In this document: positions 41,760 through 53,200 of the stretch, piece by piece
How the letters are laid out: each line of letters opens with the position of its first letter
Numbering within the stretch: the stretch's first letter is position 1
Source: Tetramitus jugosus
Lineage: Eukaryota; Protista; Heterolobosea
NCBI GenBank assembly: GCA_937625935.1
Contig: OW569390.1
Span: forward strand, 1-64,000
Direction: 5' to 3'
Length of the DNA: 64,000 nt
Program-made: the position numbers and the translations under genes
Notes under the pieces: model-generated
The model's input: the letters and a program-made list of their open reading frames with translations, nothing else
Told to the model about the DNA's origin: nothing
Databases searched by the model: none

Positions 41760-42230
41760 TGAAAACAAGAGATACAAGAGATGAGAGTCTATCCGAAGAA
41801 CAACCACCAAGTAGTGGAAACACCAACAGAGAAGAGGAATGACAAACACCAACTAATCTAACTCGGCAAAGTTCATCGAATGTTGAGACAGACCGCAATG
41901 TGCTTCTGCAAATGCTTCTCTCCGTGAGAACAATCATGACTGTTGTCATTGTGTTTCAAGTGATAGCGTCTTGCTTTTGCATTTGGGTTATTTCATCAAG
42001 CTTCCGGTAGAGAAAGTTTAAAAAAAACATCTACAGTTCTTCTGGATAGTTATGCTCGTGAGGCAAATGTCTTTGTGATGTCCATGCTCGATCGTAATAA
42101 GATGTGTGTCGATGATGTGGTATCAGAGTGGAATCATAATCGCATCACGGACGAAAATGCACAAGAGCTCATGTTTTCAAAAACATAAGTGTTTAGAACG
42201 AGTTTAACATCTCTGGCTTTCAGTTATGGT
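41760..42230 (+). pseudogene. Decayed N-terminal part (TM segment) of a probable receptor-type cyclase gene
   Basis: QMLLSVRTIMTVVIVFQVIASCFCIWVISS-type TM segment followed by stops and frameshifts. Confidence 0.35.
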
Positions 42231-42538
42231 AATGCATCAACGTCAATCTACTTTGGCACAGAGAAGGGGAGTGGGGAAATATTTATCTGACAGCTCAATC
42301 AGAAACGGTGAGCACTACACAAGCAATAAATCGAATTTTGAAAAGCTCCCTAAGTTTTCTGAACAACTTCTTCAGTTCGAGCAGAACGTTGTTCGAATCC
42401 CTTATACCATTAGAAATGACGTCACACAGCAATAGCAATTAGAAGGCATCCTCCGTGATATTATACTCTGCTCGATACACTAAAGAAAATAAAATTCCAC
42501 GTTCAAATAACAAGAACAATAAACATTTCAAACACATA

Positions 42539-43480
42539 ATGCAGAAGATTACTTCCATCTTGGCAATTGCTTTGCTTTGCCTTGTTTGCCTTGCCTTCGC
42601 TGACAAGTTGAACGACCCAAAATTGATCAGTGCTATCAATAGAGATCCACAAGGCACGTGGAGAGCCAGATCCTACCCACAATTTGAGGGCAAGACCGCA
42701 GCTGAGATTTCCCACTTGTTCGGTGCATTGTCACCACTATCCCCTTCCAGATTCTACAGTCACAAATTGTTCTCCAAAGGTAGAAGGGATATCCCGGAAA
42801 GTTTTGATTCCTACGAGCGATGGCCACATTACATTCACCCAATTAGAGAACAAGGAAGCTGTGGATCTTGGTGGGCATTCTCCAGCTCTTCGATGCTCTC
42901 TGACAGATTTGCAATTACTACCAACGGAACAACCAATGTTGAACTCTCTCCTCAATACATGGTCTCTTGTGACAAGGATGATCAGGGTTGCGAAGGTGGT
43001 GACATGGACTCCTTGTGGAAGTTCTTGTCCACCAATGGTACTGTTTCTGAGAATTGCTCGCCATACGTTTCTGGAAGCGGTCTTGTTCCAGTGTGCAACA
43101 AATACTGTGTTGACAGAAGCAAGATGAAGTTCTACAAGGCTGACGAGAAGTCCATCAAGTACTTTGGTCCTCGCGATCTCCAAGGGATTCAAGAAGATAT
43201 TATGCAAAATGGTCCAATCGTCACTGAATTCAAGGTCTACCTTGACTTTGTGAACTACGCATCTGGTGTTTACAGACATGAGTCAGGTAACGCTTTGGGC
43301 CGTCTCGCTGTTAAGGTTACTGGATGGGGTGTTGATAGCGCATCTGGTCTTCCATATTGGATCGCTGCCAACAGTTGGGGTACTGAATGGGGCCAAAAGG
43401 GTTTCTTCTGGATCTTAAGAGGCAAGAACGAGTGTCAGATAGAGGTCAACTTCTACACTGCCTTACCATTGTTGGAATAA
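42539..43480 (+). CDS. Cathepsin B-like papain-family protein, catalytically inactive
   Basis: Signal peptide, IPESFDS, QGSCGSWWAF (Cys to Trp), LSPQYMVSCD, GCEGG, GRLAVKVTGWG (His to Leu), YWIAANSWGTEWGQKGFF. Confidence 0.9.
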   Translation: MQKITSILAIALLCLVCLAFADKLNDPKLISAINRDPQGTWRARSYPQFEGKTAAEISHLFGALSPLSPSRFYSHKLFSKGRRDIPESFDSYERWPHYIHPIREQGSCGSWWAFSSSSMLSDRFAITTNGTTNVELSPQYMVSCDKDDQGCEGGDMDSLWKFLSTNGTVSENCSPYVSGSGLVPVCNKYCVDRSKMKFYKADEKSIKYFGPRDLQGIQEDIMQNGPIVTEFKVYLDFVNYASGVYRHESGNALGRLAVKVTGWGVDSASGLPYWIAANSWGTEWGQKGFFWILRGKNECQIEVNFYTALPLLE

Positions 43481-44449
43481 GTTTTCAAAATACTATAATA
43501 TACATCGTATAAGATGGATCTGTTTCTGGCTTGTTACTCTGCCAAATACATAAAACTATTCATTATAGACAAGCTGAAGGACTATCCGACTTATACTTTA
43601 GATAGCTCTCTGGAACGCCAGCAGGTGATTGGAGCACCAACATACTTTTACAAAGTTTCGGAGATAGCGTTCTGGACTATGACCTCCTGAGCACCGATCC
43701 AGCCAGCCCCAGCCTGCTTCCATACAACGAAGTGGTTCAGATCAAAGTTCCTATTCATGCTGAGGCCGTATATCTGAGGCGTGGTGTGTTTATGTACTCA
43801 AGTCGCTTCCTTGTCGTTGACGCCGGCAGAAGCAATGTCACCACCAGAACAGTTCCCTTTGCTCAGGTCAGTATCCGACCTCGATATGTCCCTTCTGATG
43901 TAGAAGCTGGTACATCTATGGAGCTGCGCTACGGTGGTGCTGCTGGCAGTTACATTCAGAACAATTATCGTAGGCATAGCATTTAGGTGATGTGGTCTTT
44001 TGCCACAAAAAAACGAAATCAAAAATCACATGATGCCTCGTGGCTAAATATGGAAGTCCGGCGGACAAAATCAACTTCTGGGCCAGAAGAAACTCAATCG
44101 CCTGGCCAACTTCACTCAACCCAAGTATGCCCATCATTACACCATCAGCAATCCAAGCGTACACAACAGACATCATGAAATTGAATGAGCTTTACCTACC
44201 GAGTGTTTCTCCTGAAGCTCATCATATCTTGTGCATAGTCGACACCACACGATACACATGTAGTGTCATTGATCCAGTGAGAAAGCCACTACCACATCTG
44301 TAATGCGTGGGCCCCTGCGCTACATGATTACACGAACTCGTCATTCTTCTGCCGGAGTCTCGGTTTTCTGTACGAGGCACGCAAGAGAGAACTTTGCATT
44401 GCAAAACACGACCGGTTGTTCACACTAAGCGTCTGCAACGACAGAGAAT

Positions 44450-45400
44450 TACATCGAACGACATTCTAGTTCTTCCGTATTCTCTCTTTCCAAGAGAATT
44501 GCAGATCGAAGATCTTCAGGAGTAGATTTTGACAGGAAAGCAAAGTTGGATGTTGGACTACTGAACGAGTATGTCACATTGACATATATCAGCATCATTC
44601 CAACAGCCGATGACGATGTAATTTCAACTTGCAAGTTTGTGCTTGGGCATGTGTCTGAATCGATTGCTGTCACTCGAGGTGACTTGCAAATAATTGATCC
44701 CTATCAGTTTGTCATTTCATGGAATGCAGTTGTTGGATCCAAAGATCATGAAGAAAAAGCAATTAGAACTGCGCTTGGTGTTGTCAAAACGATTGGAGAA
44801 TACGATGCTCAGTTCAAAGTACGAATTGGAATAGCAACAGGAAACGCGCAATGTGGAATCTGTGGAACTGCAAAACAACGCATCTTCTCTGTCGTAGGGC
44901 CCGTTCAGAAACGTGTAAAACAAGTTCAGTCATGGGCTAAAATGATGGAAGTTCCAATACTTGTGGATGAATCGACCGTAGATAATACGGCAGTGGCTTC
45001 ATCTTACATTTACAGACCGATTGAGGTTGTTCAGTACGAGTCTGAAGGGCGTCCTTCTCTCATCTACGAGATTATGAAAACCAAAGACAATTCCATGGAT
45101 GAGTGGATGTATGAGTTGGAAAAGAGCAAGGAGAATGAAAGATATACTCATATGATAGAAGCAGCTCAGATAGCACTCAAAATTTTAGTGTCTGAACAAC
45201 AGATGCGTGATGCCATCACTATGCTCGAACCGTACCTCCAAAATGACAATGATGAATTCATAGCTGAACACTTGATTCAGATTCTGAACCGACGAATCAT
45301 CACACCTTACGACCATATAGATTATAAGACTATAAATCTCTGCATCATGCATCAAAAAACGAAAGAGAAAGCCGTCTGGCACACGAGTCAGCCGCTTTAG
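44450..45400 (+). pseudogene. Adenylate/guanylate cyclase-like C-terminal fragment
   Basis: VRIGIATGNAQCGICGT...FSVVGP, ILVDE, DEWMYELE. No proper start; the N-terminal half of the domain is decayed. Confidence 0.7.
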
Positions 45401-45460
45401 TGTCTGGTAAATGCAGTTCAAATCATTTAACATTACTCAAAATAAAGGCGATTCGATGTA

Positions 45461-46915
45461 TTAAAGTTGGCCAACGGCTGATCTTGTAAGCACGACCTCG
45501 TCTTCCAATCCATCGTCCTTGCTTCTGAAATACTGCCACTTGAGCTTATGTGCTTTGCTTGGTTGATCATCGAATTCAGTTGATAACATGCCATATCCCT
45601 CATCCGAATAATGAATGTGTGCACTGAAAGTAGTCTTATAGAAAGCGCTACCTGGTGTGAGGCCTTCAACACAACCGGCTGCACCAGCGATAATATAAAC
45701 AGTAGCCTGGGCATTGTCAGTAGATGGATACACTTTGCTCTTGTACACTGGCATTGTTCGCTCATAGCTGTGAACATGGCCTGCCAAGTACATGTCAACT
45801 TGATATTCGTGGAACAATTCTTCGAATGCTGATTGCATGGCCTTTGCGTCGTTTGTTGGTTTGCTATTCTTGGAGAATCGTTCATGTGAGGAGTAGACAG
45901 GTCTGTGACCAACAACAATGATCCATGGATTAATGTGTCTGTTCTTGTGAGCCTCTGCCAAATCCTTCTTGAACCATTTCAATTGATCACCGAATTGAGT
46001 AGGGAATGGTCGATTTGGATAATCAGTCTCGGATGAGATACTGATAAAGTGAACTCCACCAAAGTCAAACGAGTACCACATGTTGTGCGGTTTGTTTGAC
46101 ATGGAGAATTGAGGCATACGGAACACACTATTGTACACGGTAAAGTTGGCAGAGTACGCTGGACAACGCTCAACCTTGTCATACTCGTGGTTGCCCGGGC
46201 AAACCATGTATGGAGCATTGGCACCAATCGTATGAACCATATCGAACCACTTGCTCCAAACGAACTCAAAGTCCATGACCGGTTCATGAATCGAAGCAAC
46301 ATCCGCATAGCTAATATCACCCACATGGAACACCATTTGATACTGATGAGCAGTGGACAACTGAGAGAGCAACCTCTTTTGTACTTGAGAGATGGTGTGA
46401 TCCGATTTGTGAACTCCCATATCACCGTATACAATCATTGAGTATGAACCCTTGTTCGTGGAAGGACTCGTTGTAAACGTGTTTTCCCGCTCAAAAAATC
46501 CATGCTCTTCATTTCCCGCTGTATAATAGTACCTTGTGCCTGGTTTCAAGCTATGGAGAACAACATGGTGAGAATAGCCTGCAGATTTATGATACGTTTG
46601 AGATTCTCCACCCTTGACAAGCGTATAGTTTTGAGAATCGTTTGGCTTGGTGCTATACTTGACCATGGGAACATAGGATGAAGGCATGGTAGGAGTGTGG
46701 AACATGACGGACATTTGAGTTGTCGTATCATTGGCAAACGCAATGTACACTCTGTCCACTGGCACAATCTCATTGTTCTTGGTCTTGGTCTTGGTAGCTT
46801 TTTGACAGTGAACAACATTGTAGCTTTGGGAGAAAAGCAAGCACAAGAGGAGGCAACCGATAATGGAAAGTAACAGTCCTGAAGAGGAAGATTGTTGTTT
46901 GGTCAGAAACAACAT
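45461..46915 (-). CDS. Secreted purple acid phosphatase
   Basis: Signal peptide, FN3-like LKPGTRYYY, GDMG, GDISYAD, GNHE, GHRP, GHVHSYER. Confidence 0.95.
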   Translation of the reverse strand: MLFLTKQQSSSSGLLLSIIGCLLLCLLFSQSYNVVHCQKATKTKTKNNEIVPVDRVYIAFANDTTTQMSVMFHTPTMPSSYVPMVKYSTKPNDSQNYTLVKGGESQTYHKSAGYSHHVVLHSLKPGTRYYYTAGNEEHGFFERENTFTTSPSTNKGSYSMIVYGDMGVHKSDHTISQVQKRLLSQLSTAHQYQMVFHVGDISYADVASIHEPVMDFEFVWSKWFDMVHTIGANAPYMVCPGNHEYDKVERCPAYSANFTVYNSVFRMPQFSMSNKPHNMWYSFDFGGVHFISISSETDYPNRPFPTQFGDQLKWFKKDLAEAHKNRHINPWIIVVGHRPVYSSHERFSKNSKPTNDAKAMQSAFEELFHEYQVDMYLAGHVHSYERTMPVYKSKVYPSTDNAQATVYIIAGAAGCVEGLTPGSAFYKTTFSAHIHYSDEGYGMLSTEFDDQPSKAHKLKWQYFRSKDDGLEDEVVLTRSAVGQL

Positions 46916-47329
46916 TTGTGAGCCAATTGAGTGAGATTTTGTTCTGTTTTTTTGGTGGTAAGTTGTGTGTCAATGTTTGGGTATTCCCCGGAGTTATTAT
47001 CAAGAGAGAAAGGTGACGTAGAAGTCCAACCTCGTATCCAATGTCACGTTCGGCGATAGCTTTCAAGGTTAAGAGTGTCTACTATGATGACTTGATACGC
47101 ATATCAGAGTAAAAGTCTGGTTCAGACAGATCTGTCTTGCGATGTTCTTGAATTCTGTTTGAGGGAGTAACTTCGGACAATATAACCAAACATGGAAGTA
47201 TCTTTTTACAGTGCATGGAGTTTTGAGTCGCTGGATGGCAAGTGATGATAACTCCTCGCACTGTAAAGAGGTGCTTTTTGTTCTGTCAAAGTTGGTCAAG
47301 ACTAGTGCATATCTCTACATTCTCTTTCG

Positions 47330-47818
47330 ATGACTCATCGAACATCCACACCGACACGAACTAACAACAAGCTATCAAAGATCAATGATATCTCACCACC
47401 TTCAGATGTCACAATTAATGTTAGTCCTCCCCTTTCTGAGTTTGGTGATGAGTTTGACCAGATCATTACCAATGGTCCATCGGTAGAACCCCATTCCAAA
47501 CAAACTAGACTGAAGCCGATTCAAATTAAGAACCGAACATCATTGGAGGCCCTCGTGGATCATAGAGACGTTGGCGACTATCTGTCTAGGTCTTCAGAGA
47601 AACGGTTGAGTCCTCATCTGAGGACAGAAAGCGAAAGGAGACACAGATCCACTCCCACAGCAGTTAGAAGAACTCATATTCTCGAGCCACTCAAGAATCC
47701 AATTGAGAATCCAATGCTGGGATTCGAGCCAGAACTGAAAGCCCTGGAAAAGAAGATCCTCGAGCTGAAAAACAAGAATGACTCACTACGTCGAATTCAG
47801 TCAATCCTAGAGCTATAA
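47330..47818 (+). CDS. Hypothetical protein with a C-terminal coiled coil
   Basis: 162-aa ORF ending ELKALEKKILELKNKNDSLRRIQ. Confidence 0.55.
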   Translation: MTHRTSTPTRTNNKLSKINDISPPSDVTINVSPPLSEFGDEFDQIITNGPSVEPHSKQTRLKPIQIKNRTSLEALVDHRDVGDYLSRSSEKRLSPHLRTESERRHRSTPTAVRRTHILEPLKNPIENPMLGFEPELKALEKKILELKNKNDSLRRIQSILEL

Positions 47819-47880
47819 GAAAACTCATCAACCAAAAGAATCTTCACTTAATAGTGTTGAATAACACCTGCAACCACCAT

Positions 47881-50727
47881 TCACGACGACTGACTCTGAT
47901 ATATTTTTGTACACATTTGAACCATGAACGCCTTGGCACCTGGTTTAACTCCAAATCGACTCAAATAGGCCTTAAGTTCCTCTGCTTTCATTGATGAAAA
48001 GTTAGGCATAGAGAGATTCGAGTTGGATGGGTTAGCACTGGACTGTGAATTAGAACCACTGTTGTTAGTGTTGTTGTTGGTATTGGTCGTATTGTTGGCA
48101 GTTGCCAAGACTGTTCGAGCGATCCTCTCATTTCTGCGAGCAGTCTGCTTTTTCTGCTGAGACCAATCCACGGTTCTAACTTCAGAATCAGAATAAGTGT
48201 TAAAGTCTGATTCCGAAGTAGTGCCGGCGTCAGTGTCCGATAGAACAGCGATCTTAGGCGCCTGACTAACGGGTTGTCTTGTTTTTCTGGGCGACTTCCT
48301 GTTCTTTGGTGACTTTCTTCTGGGTCTCGATGATGGAGACTTGGTCAATGGAGACTTTTGCTTCTCTGAGCTCTCAATCTGATCGGTGCTTCTCGGTGGA
48401 GGTTCTATAACTGTATGCCCACATATTTCGAGGAGAGAAGGTAAAATAAATGGTTGGAACGAATAGTCCTGACTTGTCCTTGAAATATGATTATTCACAT
48501 CCGCTTGGCACTCCTTCGTATGTTCGTCAATGCATAACTTCATATCGTCATACATCTTGAATATATTCGTGCGAAACATCTCAATATCTTTTTTGCACCG
48601 TTGGATATAGGCTTCCTGGATAGTGTTGAGCGATTCAACCGTAGAAACTGCTAACGACTCGTTATCCATGTTCACTTGTGTTGATACTTGTGTTATTGTG
48701 GCAGGTAGACACTCCACCTCTTCACTAGATTCATCATCACTATCAAGCAGAACTGGCGATCTTGGCTGAGTGTGTGCCACATCATTTCTGAAAAGCTGAA
48801 TACCTGGCATCAGAGGCTCATCCAGAAGGCTATCGAAACTCGATCTACGAGATCTCTTTGGCTCCGTTTCTAATGTCTTTGAATGTTCGAATCCAGGTGT
48901 ATCATCGATGATAATAGGACTCGTGAAAGTCTCTGAAAATGGTCTCGCTGGTGTTGTTTCCTTCACATTAGGCGATTCATATAAATCAGGGTGTACGGTA
49001 CCGCTCGTCGCGGTTGTCGTAACGGGAGAGTGAGGCGACTGAGGTATATTCTGCTCTGTTGGGGCAGGATTATTCTGTGTAAAGAATACATCCTCGGTAA
49101 TGTCCATCGTTGGCTTGGATAAAGACCATAGCGAGTCCTTCTTGCCCGCTTTTGCAAAACGACTTGCGGTCAGTGGTTTACTAACCTCGACTGCGTTATG
49201 GGACACAAGATCATTCTCTCGAATATCAGCCATAATTTGAAGAGATACCTGAGTGTTCGATATTGGGTCACAAGTGACTGTATCATTCGCTCCTGATTCG
49301 ATGACTGGAACCAAATTCGTTTGTACAGGCTCAACCTCAATATTGGAAGCAGCTTTGGCTCGTCTAGCCTTTTTCTTTTCTTCATTCTGCTGCATTTTAG
49401 CTCTAAACAATAGTGTCTTCTTTAAATTTTTAGCAGCTGCAAGTATTTGCTTTCTGTGTCCAGGCTTTGTAATCTCCATATCAACCAGATCGCTTGTTTC
49501 CAATATAGAACAAATTTCCAAGGTATCGAAACCATTGTTCACAAGTTTATCACAATATTGTGAGAGATTCAAACTGTTCAACCATTCGCTAACAGTAGTA
49601 ATTTCCGACGAGTCGGACAACTTGCCTCTTAACCTTTCATCCGCGCCATATTTGAATGGCTCAAAAATATTGCTCGTGTTAAGCTTCTCTGCATCACTGA
49701 TATTGTTATCTGAACATTGCTCTTCTTGCTTTCTAATTTTTCTTTTCTTATGCGTCGTTGTTGATTGCAATTGCTTGATATCATTCACTGAGACATTATG
49801 TAATTTTGAACACGCCTTCAAATGTTTCATTCGATTCCGAGCAGTATCAGCAGTCAAGTCCTTCCTACAAATAAGGCACATGTATTCACAGATTTCTTCC
49901 TCTGTTTCTTCGTTTTCATCGGATGTTCTACTTCGCTTCTTACTCTTTTTCACCTTGCTACTACTCGTGCTACTGCTACTATTACGCTTCGAAGATGAAC
50001 TACCGACTAACCTAATTTTGTTTCGAGAGAAATGATTCTTGATATATTCCTCCGATGCATGCTGATCAAGACAATGATTAATGTGTTTCTCTCGCTCTGA
50101 AACCGCTACTCCATGCAACGATATCTTGCAAATCCAACACTCTTCAAACATTTGACTACCATCATCATCATTTTGTTTCGATATTGTGCTCGCCGTAAAT
50201 TGTGCTTCTTGCGGCGAATCAGTTACATCATTTTCATCATCAATCGCACCATCACCACTCGTCGATCCTTCACCACAAGGACTACTACTATTCTTTGTCT
50301 TCTTTCGTATCGTTAGCACAACACTCTTTTTTGTTGTCTGCTTACTAGACTTGATATTGCTACTAGTCAAGTCATCCACAAAATTCTCATCATCGTCATC
50401 CAATTCCTCAAGAGTCACATGACAATTCACATCATCATTCTTCTCACTCTTTTCATTAAGCTCAGTAGTAAGCTCATCATAAGCCTTGTTCTTACTACTA
50501 CTATTGTTTTTTGCACTCTTTTGAAAATACTTGGACCTTGCACTCTGAACCCGTTTCCACAACGCAGAAGCACTCATGTCATTCTCTTCTTCTTCACTCC
50601 ACAGAAAATGTTCTGTTGTTGTGCTTGTGCTTGTTGCGGAGGTGGTGGCGGTTGGTTGTGTGGGTAATTGAGTGGTGATCTGTGTCTCTTGATCATCATC
50701 ATCTATCAATGCAAATGACGCATTCAT
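47881..50727 (-). CDS. SLX4-like DNA-repair scaffold (2x UBZ, SAM, MLR-like motif, SAP)
   Basis: CWICK...HINHCLD and CLICRK...HLKAC zinc fingers, SAM (VSEWLNSLNLSQY...ITKPGHRKQIL), SLWSLS, C-terminal PNFSSMKAEELKAYLSRFGVKP. Confidence 0.65.
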   Translation of the reverse strand: MNASFALIDDDDQETQITTQLPTQPTATTSATSTSTTTEHFLWSEEEENDMSASALWKRVQSARSKYFQKSAKNNSSSKNKAYDELTTELNEKSEKNDDVNCHVTLEELDDDDENFVDDLTSSNIKSSKQTTKKSVVLTIRKKTKNSSSPCGEGSTSGDGAIDDENDVTDSPQEAQFTASTISKQNDDDGSQMFEECWICKISLHGVAVSEREKHINHCLDQHASEEYIKNHFSRNKIRLVGSSSSKRNSSSSTSSSKVKKSKKRSRTSDENEETEEEICEYMCLICRKDLTADTARNRMKHLKACSKLHNVSVNDIKQLQSTTTHKKRKIRKQEEQCSDNNISDAEKLNTSNIFEPFKYGADERLRGKLSDSSEITTVSEWLNSLNLSQYCDKLVNNGFDTLEICSILETSDLVDMEITKPGHRKQILAAAKNLKKTLLFRAKMQQNEEKKKARRAKAASNIEVEPVQTNLVPVIESGANDTVTCDPISNTQVSLQIMADIRENDLVSHNAVEVSKPLTASRFAKAGKKDSLWSLSKPTMDITEDVFFTQNNPAPTEQNIPQSPHSPVTTTATSGTVHPDLYESPNVKETTPARPFSETFTSPIIIDDTPGFEHSKTLETEPKRSRRSSFDSLLDEPLMPGIQLFRNDVAHTQPRSPVLLDSDDESSEEVECLPATITQVSTQVNMDNESLAVSTVESLNTIQEAYIQRCKKDIEMFRTNIFKMYDDMKLCIDEHTKECQADVNNHISRTSQDYSFQPFILPSLLEICGHTVIEPPPRSTDQIESSEKQKSPLTKSPSSRPRRKSPKNRKSPRKTRQPVSQAPKIAVLSDTDAGTTSESDFNTYSDSEVRTVDWSQQKKQTARRNERIARTVLATANNTTNTNNNTNNSGSNSQSSANPSNSNLSMPNFSSMKAEELKAYLSRFGVKPGAKAFMVQMCTKIYQSQSS

Positions 50728-50915
50728 TGTGGTGTTGTTTTAGAAACAAAAGAAAATTGGAAGCGAAAAGCTTTGAAGGTGCAGAGAGGTAAAATACTTC
50801 GACCAAAAATTCGAAGTCGGACGGAAAATTCAACTCAAATATTGTGACGTTATGAATTTTTCCCGACTTTCACATTGATCCACCACGACAAACAACAAAA
50901 CTACCACCAAACCAA

Positions 50916-51726
50916 ATGAGCAACAGTACGACACGTTCACAACAACATGCCAATAACAATAGTGGCAGCAGTTCAAGTTTCTTCCACTTGGACAACAGCA
51001 GTATGCAATCCGATTTTTCCACAACAGCAACTGGCGGTTTTTCCCAGCAGTTGAATGGCAACAAGAATAGTGGTTTAACAGAGATTGGTAAACATGCAGT
51101 ATGGAGCTTATCCAGTGCAAAAGCAGGCAACGGTGTTCAACAATTGAGAGACAACAATTTGAACACGTTTTGGCAATCGGATGGCGCTCAACCACACTTG
51201 GTTAACATTCAATTTCACAAGGTACTTCAAGTGAAGCAATTGACCATTTATTGCAATTATAAGATGGATGAGAGCTATACTCCAAAGGTATTGTCGATTC
51301 GTATTGGAACTCATTTTCATGACTTGAAAGAGGTACAAACTTTGGAGTTGGAAGAGCCGAATGGTTGGGTGGATATTGTGTTGAATAGTATTGATTCGGA
51401 TAAGAAGACAAGTGAAGGGGATGATGTGGAAGATAATGATGATGCGAATGAGAAGCAATCTAATGGTATTCGCACCAATATGATTCAATTGGCCATTTTG
51501 TCCAATCATCAGAATGGAAGAGACACTCATTTGAGGCAAGTCAAGATTTATGGTCCTTCGACTGCATCTACATCAATGTACGTTATTATTGTAGTTGTCG
51601 TTGTTGTCATGAAATGCTTTCGAGTTCGATGAGCGAGTGTACTAACTAATGTGTGTGTTTTTTGTTTTTGACAGACATGACGAATTCAACACGGTGGAGT
51701 TTGGCCAGTTTTCTTGCATTCGGTAA
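50916..51726 (+). CDS. ANAPC10: Anaphase-promoting complex subunit 10 (DOC1); join(50916..51577,51675..51726)
   Basis: WSLSSAKAGNGV, TFWQSDGAQPH, DESYTP, NHQNGRDTHLRQ. Splicing the GTACGT...CTAAC...CAG intron yields the C-terminal IR tail (FSCIR*). Confidence 0.95.
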
Positions 51727-52510
51727 ATTACTCGAGCACTTGACATCCATGTTCGACAATAGGTAAAGATGGTGATGACACAGAAAGGCAACGTGCACTC
51801 GAGGCACGAGAGAGCAGCTTTTTGGTCATCTTTGAGCAAGTTATAGCTTCATTTTAGCATCGATGCTAACTGTAGTTGCAGATGATCAACACAATGCAGC
51901 CGCTACGAATGCCAAGAGCCCAAATAGCACTTCCTGCAGAAGATGCTTAGGATGACGAAGTACAAAGAGAAAGCGTAGAATAAGGTCTTACTTCCCTCCG
52001 ATGCATACGTGGCAGGCAACCTTTCTGGAGACAGTCAAAGGATGAAAATAATCATAAACCTCTATTATCCAAATGATGAGTTTCCTGTTTCTTAACTTCT
52101 TCCCTTGTTTCTGAAGTGTCCCCTAACTTTTAAAATTGTTTAAAGCCAACTCAAAATGGGTGCAAGATACTCTAGTTTGATCCACCTGCTTCGTTTTCCC
52201 ACATACCAAAACCAAAAAAGAAAATTCCTTGGTCGAAATTACAGTTTTTTTTTGTCACAAATGAATGAAGTTTCATGCTGCCCACATGAAATAAAAGTTG
52301 AGAGAAAAAGGAACTTAAAAGAGTAGATCCATCATAGTTAGAAGTAAGGAGAATGGATCCCTGATGTTATGGGTGCCTTCATTGGGTTCTCATACGTTGG
52401 GAGGAGTACGACGTGCTACTTCGATTATGGACATCCACTAACTACTTGTATCTCAATCTAATCTAAGTCAATCAACCGCTCTCACGTCTCACAGATGCCA
52501 TCTCCTTTTG

Positions 52511-53093
52511 AAGTTGGTCACTTACAAGTAACCTGACACACTGATCGCACAGACACATTTTGGATCAGTAAAGAATCAAGTCGTATTTGCAATCCACAAA
52601 CATAACTTCAAAAACAAGAAAACAAACACTGATATTTCTGATATCGTAAAAGTAACTTCAAATCTTATCAACACCCAGCTTGTATTCCACCAAAAAATCG
52701 AACAGTCCTATATTAACTCCGAGAACTTCGATGTCGATCTAACGTTGGACTGGACTGAAGAAGAACCACCACCAAACGACTCAGTGATTATTGACTGGAG
52801 AGGAATCTATTACCACAGTACTATCACAAAACTCAGAGACACTCTACATGTAAGTGTCAAGGAGGCCCTATCAACAAAAGGCACCAATGCGCTCATCACT
52901 CATACGCTAGACAACATCTCCAAGCACCTAGCCTGGTTCATTTACACCGCCTACAAAAGATGCATACAACACTACCAATCCATTGCCCCCTCCTAAATAG
53001 ACCATAACCACAAACCAAATCATGAGATGATACGGGGTGCGACTCTGTCGCACTCATTAGCCGTCAAGGCACAGCACCGTATTCCTCAATAAA
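52511..53093 (+). mobile_element. 3' remnant of an RLE-type non-LTR retrotransposon
   Basis: The frame reads K*PDTLI...SDIVKV...HQKIEQSY...VIIDWRG (PD-(D/E)xK endonuclease-like), stop at 52996, structured 3' UTR, AATAAA at 53088. Confidence 0.5.
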
Positions 53094-53200
53094 AGACTTT
53101 TATATCCACCAAAAAATCGAACAAAACAAAGTTCCAAAATACACAAACCAAAAGCTAAGACAAAACTTTGAAGAAAAAACCACACACATTGCGAAACAAC

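Noticed and set aside
42380-42410. GTTCGAATCCC tRNA T-loop/B-box-like motif
   Set aside because: No cloverleaf or acceptor stem can be built around it.
52073-52115. ATGATGA...CTGA box C/D pair
   Set aside because: Only ~30 nt apart, with no terminal stem or recognisable guide.
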